This document shows positions 1-7,573 of a stretch of DNA of 32,000 bases, in pieces (within the stretch, counting starts at the first letter, position 1; each line of letters begins with the position of its first letter). The translations under genes and the position numbers were made by a program. This stretch comes from Mycobacterium sp. E2479. GTDB lineage: Bacteria; Actinomycetota; Actinomycetes; Mycobacteriales; Mycobacteriaceae. Where the stretch lies: the NCBI RefSeq assembly GCF_001667925.1, contig NZ_LZJR01000122.1, positions 1 to 32,000 of the forward strand, in the 5' to 3' direction. The notes beneath the pieces are model-generated. The model made no database searches, was not told where the DNA came from, and was given only the letters and a program-made list of their open reading frames with translations.

Positions 1-64
1 CATCGCGATCACGGCGACCTCGGTGAGCGCGCCGGAGGGGGTCAGCCGCGCGAACATCCGCTCC
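1..64 (-). pseudogene. 5'-truncated eccD-like fragment, a paralogue of the intact eccD at 1161-2690, running off the left window edge
   Basis: nt 1-70 align to nt 2250-2322 of the intact eccD at roughly 80% identity, with an exact 19-mer catcgcgatcacggcgacc and one 3-nt indel. The minus-strand translation GERMFARLTPSGALTEVAVIAM matches [23 protein letters not shown] at the start of the membrane domain. No ubiquitin-like N-terminal domain precedes it. Confidence 0.5.
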
Positions 65-642
65 CCGCCGCCGCCACCACCGCCGCCGCCCCCGCCGCCG
101 GAGGGCGGCGGCGCCACCGCCGCGTCGAACGGCCCCGCCGATCCACAAACCGAGGACGAACCCGCGGTACCGCCCCTTCCCCCGGGAGCACCCGACGGGG
201 TGGTGGGGGTGGCGCCGCACGCGACCATCATCTCGATCCGGCAATCGTCACGCGCCTTCGAACCGGTCAATCCGCCGCCGGCAGACCCGTACTCCGACGA
301 GAAGGTGAAGGCCGGAACGCTGAATTCGGTTGCGCGCGCGGTGGTTCACGCCGCGAACATGGGGGCCAAGGTGATCAACGTTTCGGTCACCGCCTGCCTG
401 CCCGCCGCCTCCCCGGCCGATCAGCGAGCGTTGGGTGCGGCGCTGTGGTACGCGTCGACCACGAAGGATGCGGTGATCGTCGCGGCCGCAGGCAACGATG
501 GGGAAGCCGGGTGTAACAACAATCCGATGTACGACCCACTTGACCCATCGGATCCCCGGGACTGGCATCAGGTCAAGATCGTCTCGGCGCCGTCGTGGTT
601 TTCCGATTACGTCCTATCGGTGGGCGCGGTTGACGCCAGCGG
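65..642 (+). pseudogene. mycP2: Central part of a mycosin (MycP, subtilisin-like S8 protease), inverted relative to its own N-terminal part
   Basis: The plus-strand frame reads a 12-Pro tract, then ...DGVVGVAPHATIISIRQSSRAFEP...VVHAANMGAKVINVSVTAC...AVIVAAAGNDGEAGC...DPRDWHQVKIVSAPSWFSDYVLSVGAVDAS. These are typical mycosin blocks between the catalytic His and Ser. It has no start context and no downstream Ser (GTSxAAP) block. The listed ORF 23-832 is a chimeric read-through. Confidence 0.75.
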
Positions 643-1176
643 GGGTGGTACCTCGACCGGTGGGGGCGGTGCGCCGGCGGCCGGCGGCGGACCGGCCGGC
701 GGAGGAAATGCCGGCGTGGCGGGCATCGGCCGTGGCATCGGCAGAATCCCTTGTGGTGCAGCGCCGATGATCGAGCTGACGATCGTGCCGTGGGCGTCAC
801 AGTCCGACAGGCCGTCCTCGCCCATGATGTAATCGCCACCGGGTACCACCGGTAGCCGCGGGTTCGGCGACACTCCCGTGTCGATCACCGCCACGGGCAC
901 ACCGTTACCGGTGCTGTATTGCCACGCCCTGCTGATGTTCAGCATGTTGATACCCGGGGCCATTTGCGCCACATCGGGGTTTCTCACGGTGATCGGGGTC
1001 GAGCAGCTGTTGGCGCGGCGCATCGGCTGGTCCGGCCTTGGCGGCCCATCCGGCGGAACCATCCCCGGATCCACCGAGGGTGGCGTAATGGCAAATGCGG
1101 CAGGGATATTGGCTGACATCGCGACCAGGGCGAAGGCGGCGGTCACCGCCGCGGCCCTTTTCAGTGGCGAATCCAC
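607..1176 (-). pseudogene. mycP2: N-terminal part of mycosin MycP (signal peptide, catalytic Asp and His), truncated at an inversion junction near 640-645
   Basis: A GTG at 1176 overlaps the eccD stop by 16 nt. The translation reads [29 protein letters not shown]|ITPP..., then VAVIDTGV (Asp), DCDAHGT (His) and a Pro-rich insert ending VEVPPP. It then runs into antisense of the central fragment and stops at 607. Confidence 0.8.
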
Positions 1177-2690
1177 GTGAAAAGCCCTCCCAAGGCCGCC
1201 GCGGCTGGTAGCAAGACGATGAACGCGAGCACCTCCACCCATTCCACCGTCAACCGGATGAATGGCCGAAACCTCATGGTCGGTACCAAAAGTGCTGCGG
1301 CCAAACCCAGTGCGGCGAACATCGTCACGGCCACCACCGGCCACATCAGCCCCGTCAGGGCGTCTTTCGGGGCGGCGACGGCGTATTTGACCACGCCCGC
1401 GCACACCGCGGCCGACGCCCCACACACGAGCGCGATCGCCTGATATTTGGCGGCGAATCCGCGCCCCTGGGTGAGGAAGATGCCCACGACGAGCCCGGCG
1501 ACCACCAGCGCCAACCACGCCCACTGGCGGCCCGGTGTCAACACGCCCCATACCGCGGCGGGCAGCACTATCGACACCCCGACGCAAAGGCCCACCTGGA
1601 CCGCATTGACCAGCCGTGCCGACGCGGCGATCGCGGCGCCGCGCGCCGTGATGTCGGTCAGTTCGTTGTCCTCGTCCTCGGATTCGTCCTCACTGACCGG
1701 AGCCACGGTATCGACGGGCATTCCCTCCCGCCGCGCGAACAGGTCCCGGCCGGTGATCGATCCGAAGTGCGGCGGTCTGACCCGCGCCACCCACAACGCG
1801 ATCAGTGGGGCCATCCGGACCAGGACGAGCAGTCCGACCAGCACGCAGACCGCCAGCACCTGAGCCGAAGCCGGCCGGAACATGCGGACGGCGGCGACGA
1901 CGGCCAGGATCCCGCACACGGTCACCACCGCGGTGACCACCGCTGTCTGCCAACGGTTTCGCGCGGTCACCCCGATGGCGATGGCGCCCAGGATCACCAC
2001 GACGGCACCAATCAGTCCATGGGCGGCGCTCAGCATGCCCGGGGGCGCGCACGCGCCGGCGGTAGCCAACGACAACACCGCCAGCCATGCGAATCCACTG
2101 AACAGGTCCCGCCGGCCCCGCCAACCGCTTCGTACGACCAACGTGGCCATTAGCAGCAAGGCGCCCACGGCGCCCGCCACCGCAGCCGGCATCGGTCCGT
2201 CGGTGAAAGTCCGTGCCCGAAGCGCCAGGGCCACGGCCACACCGACGGCCATCGCGATCACGGCGACCGCGGTGTGCGCGGCGGTCAACGGGGTTACCGG
2301 CGCGAACATCCGATCCCCGCCGTCGCGACCCAGCCATTTACCCATGGCCGCCAACCCCGTTGACAGCGACTCGTATTGCGGTTCAAAGGATTCACCGTCG
2401 ACGCGGGGCACCAGAACCAGGGTGTCGCCGTCCTGGACGCCCAGCTCGTCGAGGCTCTTATTGATGTCGAGCCGAACCCCGTTGATCTTGTGCAGTTCAT
2501 AGCTGCCCGCGGGCAGTGCGATACCGTCGAAGCCTTTGCGCTTCAGGTCGGCATCGAACAGCTCCACCATTCCCTCGAAGAATCCCTCCATCGGGATCGC
2601 GGCCGGGAAAACCTGCGAACACAGATGCTTCTCGTAAGAAATATTGACCGCACAACGCGCCGGGAAGGCGACCTTATGCGGCGCTGTCAC
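1161..2690 (-). CDS. eccD2: ESX conserved component EccD (EccD2-like)
   Basis: 509-aa ORF. It has an N-terminal soluble ubiquitin-like domain ([35 protein letters not shown]) followed by about 11 hydrophobic helices. A GTGA start/stop overlap links it to the upstream ATPase gene. Its position between espG/ATPase and mycP matches ESX-2. Confidence 0.9.
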   Translation of the reverse strand: MTAPHKVAFPARCAVNISYEKHLCSQVFPAAIPMEGFFEGMVELFDADLKRKGFDGIALPAGSYELHKINGVRLDINKSLDELGVQDGDTLVLVPRVDGESFEPQYESLSTGLAAMGKWLGRDGGDRMFAPVTPLTAAHTAVAVIAMAVGVAVALALRARTFTDGPMPAAVAGAVGALLLMATLVVRSGWRGRRDLFSGFAWLAVLSLATAGACAPPGMLSAAHGLIGAVVVILGAIAIGVTARNRWQTAVVTAVVTVCGILAVVAAVRMFRPASAQVLAVCVLVGLLVLVRMAPLIALWVARVRPPHFGSITGRDLFARREGMPVDTVAPVSEDESEDEDNELTDITARGAAIAASARLVNAVQVGLCVGVSIVLPAAVWGVLTPGRQWAWLALVVAGLVVGIFLTQGRGFAAKYQAIALVCGASAAVCAGVVKYAVAAPKDALTGLMWPVVAVTMFAALGLAAALLVPTMRFRPFIRLTVEWVEVLAFIVLLPAAAALGGLFTWIRH

Positions 2691-3712
2691 GGCATCGACC
2701 GCTCGGCGTCAGGAATATATTTGTCCGCCAGCCCCGCGGTGATTTCAAAGAGGCGCAGTCGCGACTTCTTTTTCAATTCGTGAACCGTATCGATGATGCC
2801 GCCTTTGGCGAGGTGGGGATCAAACGGCAGCACCTCGACGGTCGCCCCAACTTTGGTGAACCGCTCGGTCAAGTAGGCCAACGCGTCCTTATCGGTGATC
2901 TGGTCCGTGTGGTTCACAATCACGGTGCTGCGCGATACCAACTCGTGGTAACCCTGCGAACGCAGGTAGTCCACCGCGCGCAGCACCGGGCGTGACCGGT
3001 CCGCGGTGATACCGGAGACGAAAACGAGGGTGTCGGTGTTTTCCAATACCGGCTTCATCACCTCGTGTTCGAGGTCTGGAGAAGTGTCGACGATCATCAC
3101 CGTGTGGGTGCGCCGCAGGCGCGACAGCACCCCGGAGAACATCGCAGGCACCAACGGCCTGGGTTGGTCGGAAGTCCGGTTGCCGGCCAGGACGTCAAGG
3201 CCGATGACGTTCTGTCCCAGATGTTCTCGAATATCCGCGTAACCCTGGACATCGGTGTCGTTGATGATTGCGGTGTAATCCCCGGGCGGGGACTCGTCGA
3301 TGCGGTCGGCCAGTGTCCCGAAACCCGGGACGGCGTCGATCGCAATCACGTTCTGCGGCCGGCATTCCCGGAAGACACCCCCGAGGCAGGCGACAAGCGT
3401 CGTGACGCCCACCCCGCCCTTGCCGGAGACGACCGTAATGACGTATTGCCGTCGAATATGCCGCCGGATGCGATTTTGCAAATCCCGGTAGTGCCGCTCA
3501 CGAGGAGATTCACCGGGATTTATTTTATGAAAGGATATGGAGTAGATGAATTTCCGCCAGCCGGACCCCGGTGGAATTTTTCGCGGCGCGGCCAGATCGG
3601 TAATACGCATAGTGTCGGATACCGAATCAGGGAAGTTGCTGGCCCTTGACGGTTCCCCCCGCCTGAGCGCGCCTTCGTCCGACATATTCGGGTCATTCCA
3701 GGGGCTCGTCAC
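2687..3712 (-). CDS. ESX-associated ParA/MinD/CpaE-like P-loop ATPase (Rv3888c/EspI-C-terminal-like)
   Basis: 341-aa ORF with a deviant Walker [18 protein letters not shown], and a MinD/ParA-like fold signature (IVDTSPD). It sits between espG and eccD. The start is GTG at 3712, with an alternative ATG at 3685. Confidence 0.8.
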   Translation of the reverse strand: MTSPWNDPNMSDEGALRRGEPSRASNFPDSVSDTMRITDLAAPRKIPPGSGWRKFIYSISFHKINPGESPRERHYRDLQNRIRRHIRRQYVITVVSGKGGVGVTTLVACLGGVFRECRPQNVIAIDAVPGFGTLADRIDESPPGDYTAIINDTDVQGYADIREHLGQNVIGLDVLAGNRTSDQPRPLVPAMFSGVLSRLRRTHTVMIVDTSPDLEHEVMKPVLENTDTLVFVSGITADRSRPVLRAVDYLRSQGYHELVSRSTVIVNHTDQITDKDALAYLTERFTKVGATVEVLPFDPHLAKGGIIDTVHELKKKSRLRLFEITAGLADKYIPDAERSMP

Positions 3713-3718
3713 GACGCG

Positions 3719-3724
3719 ATGCTA
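3719..3724 (-). promoter_or_regulatory. Candidate -10 hexamer (TAGCAT) 6 nt upstream of the ATPase GTG, suggesting a possible leaderless internal promoter
   Basis: The minus strand reads TAGCAT-cgcgtc-GTG. It lies in a 160-bp comparatively AT-rich gap between espG and the ATPase gene. Confidence 0.3.
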
Positions 3725-3872
3725 ACACGGTCTTCGATACCGCGTTTACCCCGTTCAAATCCTTCCAAGTACGACAGACATTGCTATTCCAAGACTTTGG
3801 TTATCTAAGTGACTTTCGTCAGTTTGCTTGCGCTGCGCCCTTACGGTTGGCCGCCGATAGCAAAGCGCTGGA

Positions 3873-4703
3873 TCACACGACTCGCCGATACGAGTGCCAC
3901 TCCTCGCCGGCCGGCAATCGGCGGATGAGCCGTTGAATAGCGCCGCCGATGTCCGTGCGCGAGCCGGGCGAGAGTATCTGGTATTGGCGCTGCCCCGAGG
4001 TGACGCTTTCGATGCAGATCCGTCCCGCCGGGGTGTCGACGATGGATACCGTCGACTCGCCGACGGCTATTCGCGCCAGTTCGTCCGGCCCGACACCGGC
4101 CTGGAGCCCAACGATGTTCGCGTGCGCGGACCGTGCGGGGTCGGCGGCCGTCAGGACCAGCTGCAGCTGATCGGCGTCGAGGCGCTGTTCTAGCAGGAAC
4201 GATCGCAGGCTGGCGGTGTCGCGGACTGAGTTCAGTAACTGCTCGGTATCCAATGTGACCGGCTTCAGCGGCGCCGCCTCGGCCACGCCGCACAGCCTCT
4301 CGATCTGTCCGACAAGCAGATCGCTGGCCGACGCTTCGTTGCCGGCCGTGCCGGCGGGATACAAGCGCACCACGTCACCGTGGCGCTCCAGCACCACCCA
4401 CCACGTCGCGAAGCGGCAAATCGACGCACGCGTCGGCTCGCGACCCGGAACACCGATCATCACCAGCAGCGCGAGGTCTCGCCGCAACAGCACCGTCAGC
4501 CACTCACGAATCATCGGGTCGACGTGGCCAGCCTCATCGAGCGCCCCGGCGGCCACCAATTCGGCCGCCGCGGGGTGGTCCCTTGCGCGCTCCGGGGTGT
4601 CCAAACGCGGCAGCATCGGCCGCAGCCCCAATTCAGGACAGGTTTGCTCCACCCCGGTGACCGCTTGTAACACCCATAAGCCGTCGACCGTCGTGGTCAG
4701 CAT
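3873..4703 (-). CDS. espG2: ESX secretion-associated chaperone EspG (EspG2-like)
   Basis: 276-aa ORF immediately downstream of the esx pair and upstream of the ATPase/eccD genes. This is the conserved EspG position, and it has no TM segments. The call rests on position, size and general resemblance. Confidence 0.7.
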   Translation of the reverse strand: MLTTTVDGLWVLQAVTGVEQTCPELGLRPMLPRLDTPERARDHPAAAELVAAGALDEAGHVDPMIREWLTVLLRRDLALLVMIGVPGREPTRASICRFATWWVVLERHGDVVRLYPAGTAGNEASASDLLVGQIERLCGVAEAAPLKPVTLDTEQLLNSVRDTASLRSFLLEQRLDADQLQLVLTAADPARSAHANIVGLQAGVGPDELARIAVGESTVSIVDTPAGRICIESVTSGQRQYQILSPGSRTDIGGAIQRLIRRLPAGEEWHSYRRVV

Positions 4704-4751
4704 GTGGCCTCGCCCTCGATGAGTGAGTCCGCCGACCGGTGGATGTCAGAC

Positions 4752-4793
4752 GAAGGGTGGGGCACACACGCTCGGCGCATCTGCCCCACCTTC
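4752..4793 (-). terminator. Stem-loop between esxC-like and espG, a possible attenuator or partial terminator
   Basis: gaagggtggggca (4752-4764) pairs with tgccccaccttc (4782-4793). That gives 12 bp with one bulged G and a 17-nt loop. It lies in the 115-nt esxC-espG gap. Confidence 0.35.
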
Positions 4794-4818
4794 GCTCGTC
4801 CTCGTGTGGTCGAGCGGC

Positions 4819-5106
4819 TCAGAATAGACCGGCGATGTGCTGGTCGGTGCTCAGCGCGTTGTCCAGGACGTGGGATGTCGTCACCCCGTGCTGGCGGATG
4901 GTGTCGATGAGTCCCTGCAGCCCGGACAGCATCTGCGCCTGAGCCTCGAAGAAGCCCGATGCGCCGTGGCCGGCGAAAAATTCCTGCAGGGCATGCGTGC
5001 GGTTAGAGGTGTCGTCGAAAATCGACTGCAGCTGGCCCGCGCGGGAGGCGACGTCGGTGGCGAAGTCCGCGACGGCTCCCGGGTTATAGGTGATCGGGTC
5101 GGACAT
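4819..5106 (-). CDS. esxC: ESAT-6-like WXG100 family protein (EsxC-like)
   Basis: 95 aa, MSDPITYNPGAVADFATDVASRAGQLQSIFDD...FFAGHGASGFFEAQAQMLSGLQ...AGLF. The helix-turn-helix length and sequence resemble EsxC. An SD gaaagga precedes the ATG. It is paired with the upstream esx gene. Confidence 0.85.
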   Translation of the reverse strand: MSDPITYNPGAVADFATDVASRAGQLQSIFDDTSNRTHALQEFFAGHGASGFFEAQAQMLSGLQGLIDTIRQHGVTTSHVLDNALSTDQHIAGLF

Positions 5107-5157
5107 AGAGAATTTCCTTTCAGAAAACCATTAATGAAATTGCGAATGAGTAAGTGG

Positions 5158-5472
5158 TCAGGAGCCGTGGCCGCCGAATAGCGCGCTGAAAGCATGCGAA
5201 GAATCGGCCTCGTGGCCTTCCATCAAGGCCGCCGCCTTCGTCAGGCCCTCGGCCAGCCGCGTGCCGCCGGTCAAGACTTTGTTCAAGTCGTTTTGAATTT
5301 CGATGGCCGTCGCGTGCGACGCGGTCACCGCCGCACCGGACCAGGTGGACGGGTTCATCACGTTTTCCTGATTCGCAACGTATCCCTGGCCGATCCCGAT
5401 CGCGTGCTCCATATTCGCGTGAATGGCGTTGGAAGCATCGCGAAGCATTTGCGGTGTTACTTTGATTGTCAC
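5158..5472 (-). CDS. esxD: CFP-10/ESAT-6-like WXG100 family protein (EsxD-like)
   Basis: 104 aa with a WXG motif (STWSGAA). A GTG start is preceded by GGAGAAGGAG. It lies directly downstream of PE/PPE and upstream of esxC-like. Confidence 0.85.
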   Translation of the reverse strand: MTIKVTPQMLRDASNAIHANMEHAIGIGQGYVANQENVMNPSTWSGAAVTASHATAIEIQNDLNKVLTGGTRLAEGLTKAAALMEGHEADSSHAFSALFGGHGS

Positions 5473-5569
5473 GGAATTCTCCTTCTCCGGTAGGCCGCCC
5501 CCCGTGAGGGCATGACGCGAAGTGTATGGCGGCTAATTGGACCTGTCGATTCACCTTTCACCAGTCGGT

Positions 5570-6748
5570 TCACACTCGAGCGTCGACGACTCGTACGGTC
5601 GCCGGTTGGTCCGCCTTGTCGCGCGGGCCGCGGTCGCCGCCCGCCGCGTGCCCCACCGGCATGCCGCCCACCGGCGCCCCACCCGTCGTAGTGGTCTGCG
5701 GTCGCATGGCCTCGGCGCCTAATGCGCCGGCCGGCCGCAGCCCTACCGGCCGACCACTGGTGGCGGGCTCGAAGGCGCTGACCGGACGGGTGAAGGTGGT
5801 CGCGGGGACTCCCGCGCCACCCAGGGATGCGCCGCCACCGGCCCCGGCTTCCGCCGCGGAAAGTCCGGTGGCCGAGACCGCCGACACCGCCGGCGTCGCT
5901 CCTCCCATGCCCATGGCACCAGGATTGGCGAACATGCCCATCAGCGGCTGAATCATCTGCATCGGAGCCTGCATCGCTTGCATCGGAGCCTGCATCACCT
6001 GCGGGACCGCTCCCATTAGTTGCTGCGCCGGCTGCATCAACGTGCTGGCCTGATTCATGAAGTCCTGCCCACCCGAGGCTGCCTGGCCGGCACCCTGCGT
6101 CCCGGTCTGTGCGCCCTGCATGGCGGCGCGCATGCCGTCTCCCGCCCCTTGCTCCGCTGCCGATTCGCCAATTGCCGCTGCCGCTTGCGCGGGCGCGGCC
6201 GGTGACGCACCCATGGTTGCGATGGGCGGAGGGATGGTGAGACTTTGCGACAAGGCCGTCAGAATCGTTCCGTAGCTGGCCCCCACTGCGGAGTTGTTTG
6301 GCCACATCGACCCGAAGTATTCAAGCTCCAGCGACGTGATGCGTGGGGTTAGTGCGCCGAGAACCAGTGGATTGATGCCGTAATCGGTGGCGGTCTCGGT
6401 GCGGTTCTCGATGCATTCGGGAGCGGGACGCATAGAGCCGTACGCCATTTGATACGCCGAGACCGCGGTCGACACCACTGCCGGTTTGACGTCGACCCAG
6501 CCGGCCAGCCCATGCAGTGACGCGTTCAGCGCAGTTGCGTTCGCCGCGGAGGCCAACGAACCCGAGCCCGTCCAACTCGCCGACGTCGCGACGGTGTTGA
6601 TCGTTGACGCGATGCTGGAGCCGTGATGGGTGGCAGCCAGGGCGGTCCAGGCGGCCTGGTTCGCCAGGTGAGTGATGACGCCGGCCCCCGCCTTGAGCAG
6701 CATGTCGTTTTCCTCAGGCGTACGCGCAGCCCATCCCGGATCGGCCAT
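5570..6748 (-). CDS. PPE family protein (PPE69-like)
   Basis: 392 aa. The N-terminus MADPGWAARTPEENDMLLKAGAG... and the ~180-aa PPE domain (SAYQMAYGSMRPAPECIENR...YFGSMWPNNSAVG) support the call. The C-terminus is A/G/M/Q/P-rich and low complexity, including a 21-bp tandem duplication at 5957-5998 encoding MQAPMQA. Confidence 0.9.
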   Translation of the reverse strand: MADPGWAARTPEENDMLLKAGAGVITHLANQAAWTALAATHHGSSIASTINTVATSASWTGSGSLASAANATALNASLHGLAGWVDVKPAVVSTAVSAYQMAYGSMRPAPECIENRTETATDYGINPLVLGALTPRITSLELEYFGSMWPNNSAVGASYGTILTALSQSLTIPPPIATMGASPAAPAQAAAAIGESAAEQGAGDGMRAAMQGAQTGTQGAGQAASGGQDFMNQASTLMQPAQQLMGAVPQVMQAPMQAMQAPMQMIQPLMGMFANPGAMGMGGATPAVSAVSATGLSAAEAGAGGGASLGGAGVPATTFTRPVSAFEPATSGRPVGLRPAGALGAEAMRPQTTTTGGAPVGGMPVGHAAGGDRGPRDKADQPATVRVVDARV

Positions 6749-6781
6749 GCGTACTTTCCCCCTCTTTTACGTCGCCGGGCC

Positions 6782-7096
6782 TTAAGCCCCGATTGCCATC
6801 GTCAAGCTGCGCATGAGCTCCGTGACGACGTACGTGCTCGAGGCGATGCTTTGCGCGCCTGCGAACAAGCCGCGCTGGGCGGCGTGCTCAGACACTACGC
6901 CCAGGTAGCTGCCGCCGCAGGCGTTGAGTGCCGCTGCGAACATGGCAGAGTCGGGGTCGCCGCCCATCGGCAGCACTCCCAGCAGGACAGGCGCGGCAGC
7001 CGAAGCCGCTGCCTCGGTCTCGGCGCTGATCGCCGACTCGGCGCCGGCCGACGCCAGCACCGCCTCTGACTGCACCGAGGTGACAGGACCCATCAT
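6782..7096 (-). CDS. PE family protein (PE36-like, short PE-only)
   Basis: About 104 aa from an ATG preceded by GGAGGGAA (the ORF track starts at 7114). It has a PE-like helical domain and a YxxxE secretion motif (STYVVTELM). It lies immediately upstream of the PPE gene. Confidence 0.8.
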   Translation of the reverse strand: MMGPVTSVQSEAVLASAGAESAISAETEAAASAAAPVLLGVLPMGGDPDSAMFAAALNACGGSYLGVVSEHAAQRGLFAGAQSIASSTYVVTELMRSLTMAIGA

Positions 7097-7410
7097 TTCC
7101 CTCCGAACGCTCAACCCAGCCGTGCTGGGGGCTTAGTGTAATGGGATTTCGTTGATCTTGTATTCACTCCGTTTTGGCCGGGCTCAGGGCGCGGAAATTT
7201 TGTTTCCCGACTCCGGTCTCCAGCGTGAAAGCATTGGATTAACAAGAGAAGTCGTGTAGACCTCAGAGGCAACTCAAGACTCGGTAGTCACAAATACACC
7301 TCCGTCGCCCTTGCGCGATCGCGTTATACGCGTTTAGTGAGTCGTTGCGTGACGGCGTTTGGTCGCGCGTTTGCTACCGAAAGTCGATGGTAATTGGCGA
7401 AATGGCCGAA

Positions 7411-7449
7411 GCGATGACCGGGTCGCCGATTCGGCGACCCGGTCATCGC
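7411..7449. terminator. Perfect 18-bp stem with 3-nt loop, a likely factor-independent terminator downstream of the kinase gene or a protein-binding palindrome
   Basis: gcgatgaccgggtcgccg-att-cggcgacccggtcatcgc. It lies 125 nt after the kinase stop and about 315 nt upstream of the PE start. Confidence 0.5.
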
Positions 7450-7573
7450 GGTCATGCACTCGGCATCAGCGCCGCTCATTAATGCCCGGCTAGAAGAACG
7501 GGTAAGTGCCCGGCTTGTTTTCGCACGCCCACGAGAAACTCGCCTTTGGCAACGGAAGAGAACTAGCCCCCTG

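Noticed and set aside
23-832. 269-aa plus-strand ORF that looks like a complete gene
   Set aside because: It is a chimeric read-through. Its first ~14 codons are antisense of the eccD-like fragment. The middle is the inverted mycosin core. The last ~60 codons (GGGTSTGGGGAPAAGGG...) are antisense of the Pro-rich insert and the His region of the minus-strand mycP N-terminus.
607-1587. 326-aa minus-strand ORF extending far upstream of the mycosin signal peptide
   Set aside because: The part above 1176 overlaps eccD in another frame and is Arg/Gly-rich, typical high-GC read-through. GTG 1176 just before the signal peptide is the plausible start.
5957-5998. 21-bp tandem duplication (ctgcatcggagcctgcatcgc / ttgcatcggagcctgcatcac)
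   Set aside because: It is an in-frame low-complexity repeat (MQAPMQA) in the variable PPE C-terminus. This is ordinary for the family and not an independent element.
5469-6305. Long alternative-frame or antisense ORFs inside real genes. Examples: 5469-6305, 7856-8923, 10276-11076, 14060-14902, 14604-15419, 15176-15988, 23253-23954, 24442-25242, 26009-26569, 26828-27682 and 29235-30122.
   Set aside because: Their compositions are Arg/Gly/Pro/Ala-dominated with no motifs. Each fully overlaps an ORF with clear family signatures. Such open frames are expected by chance in ~67% GC DNA.
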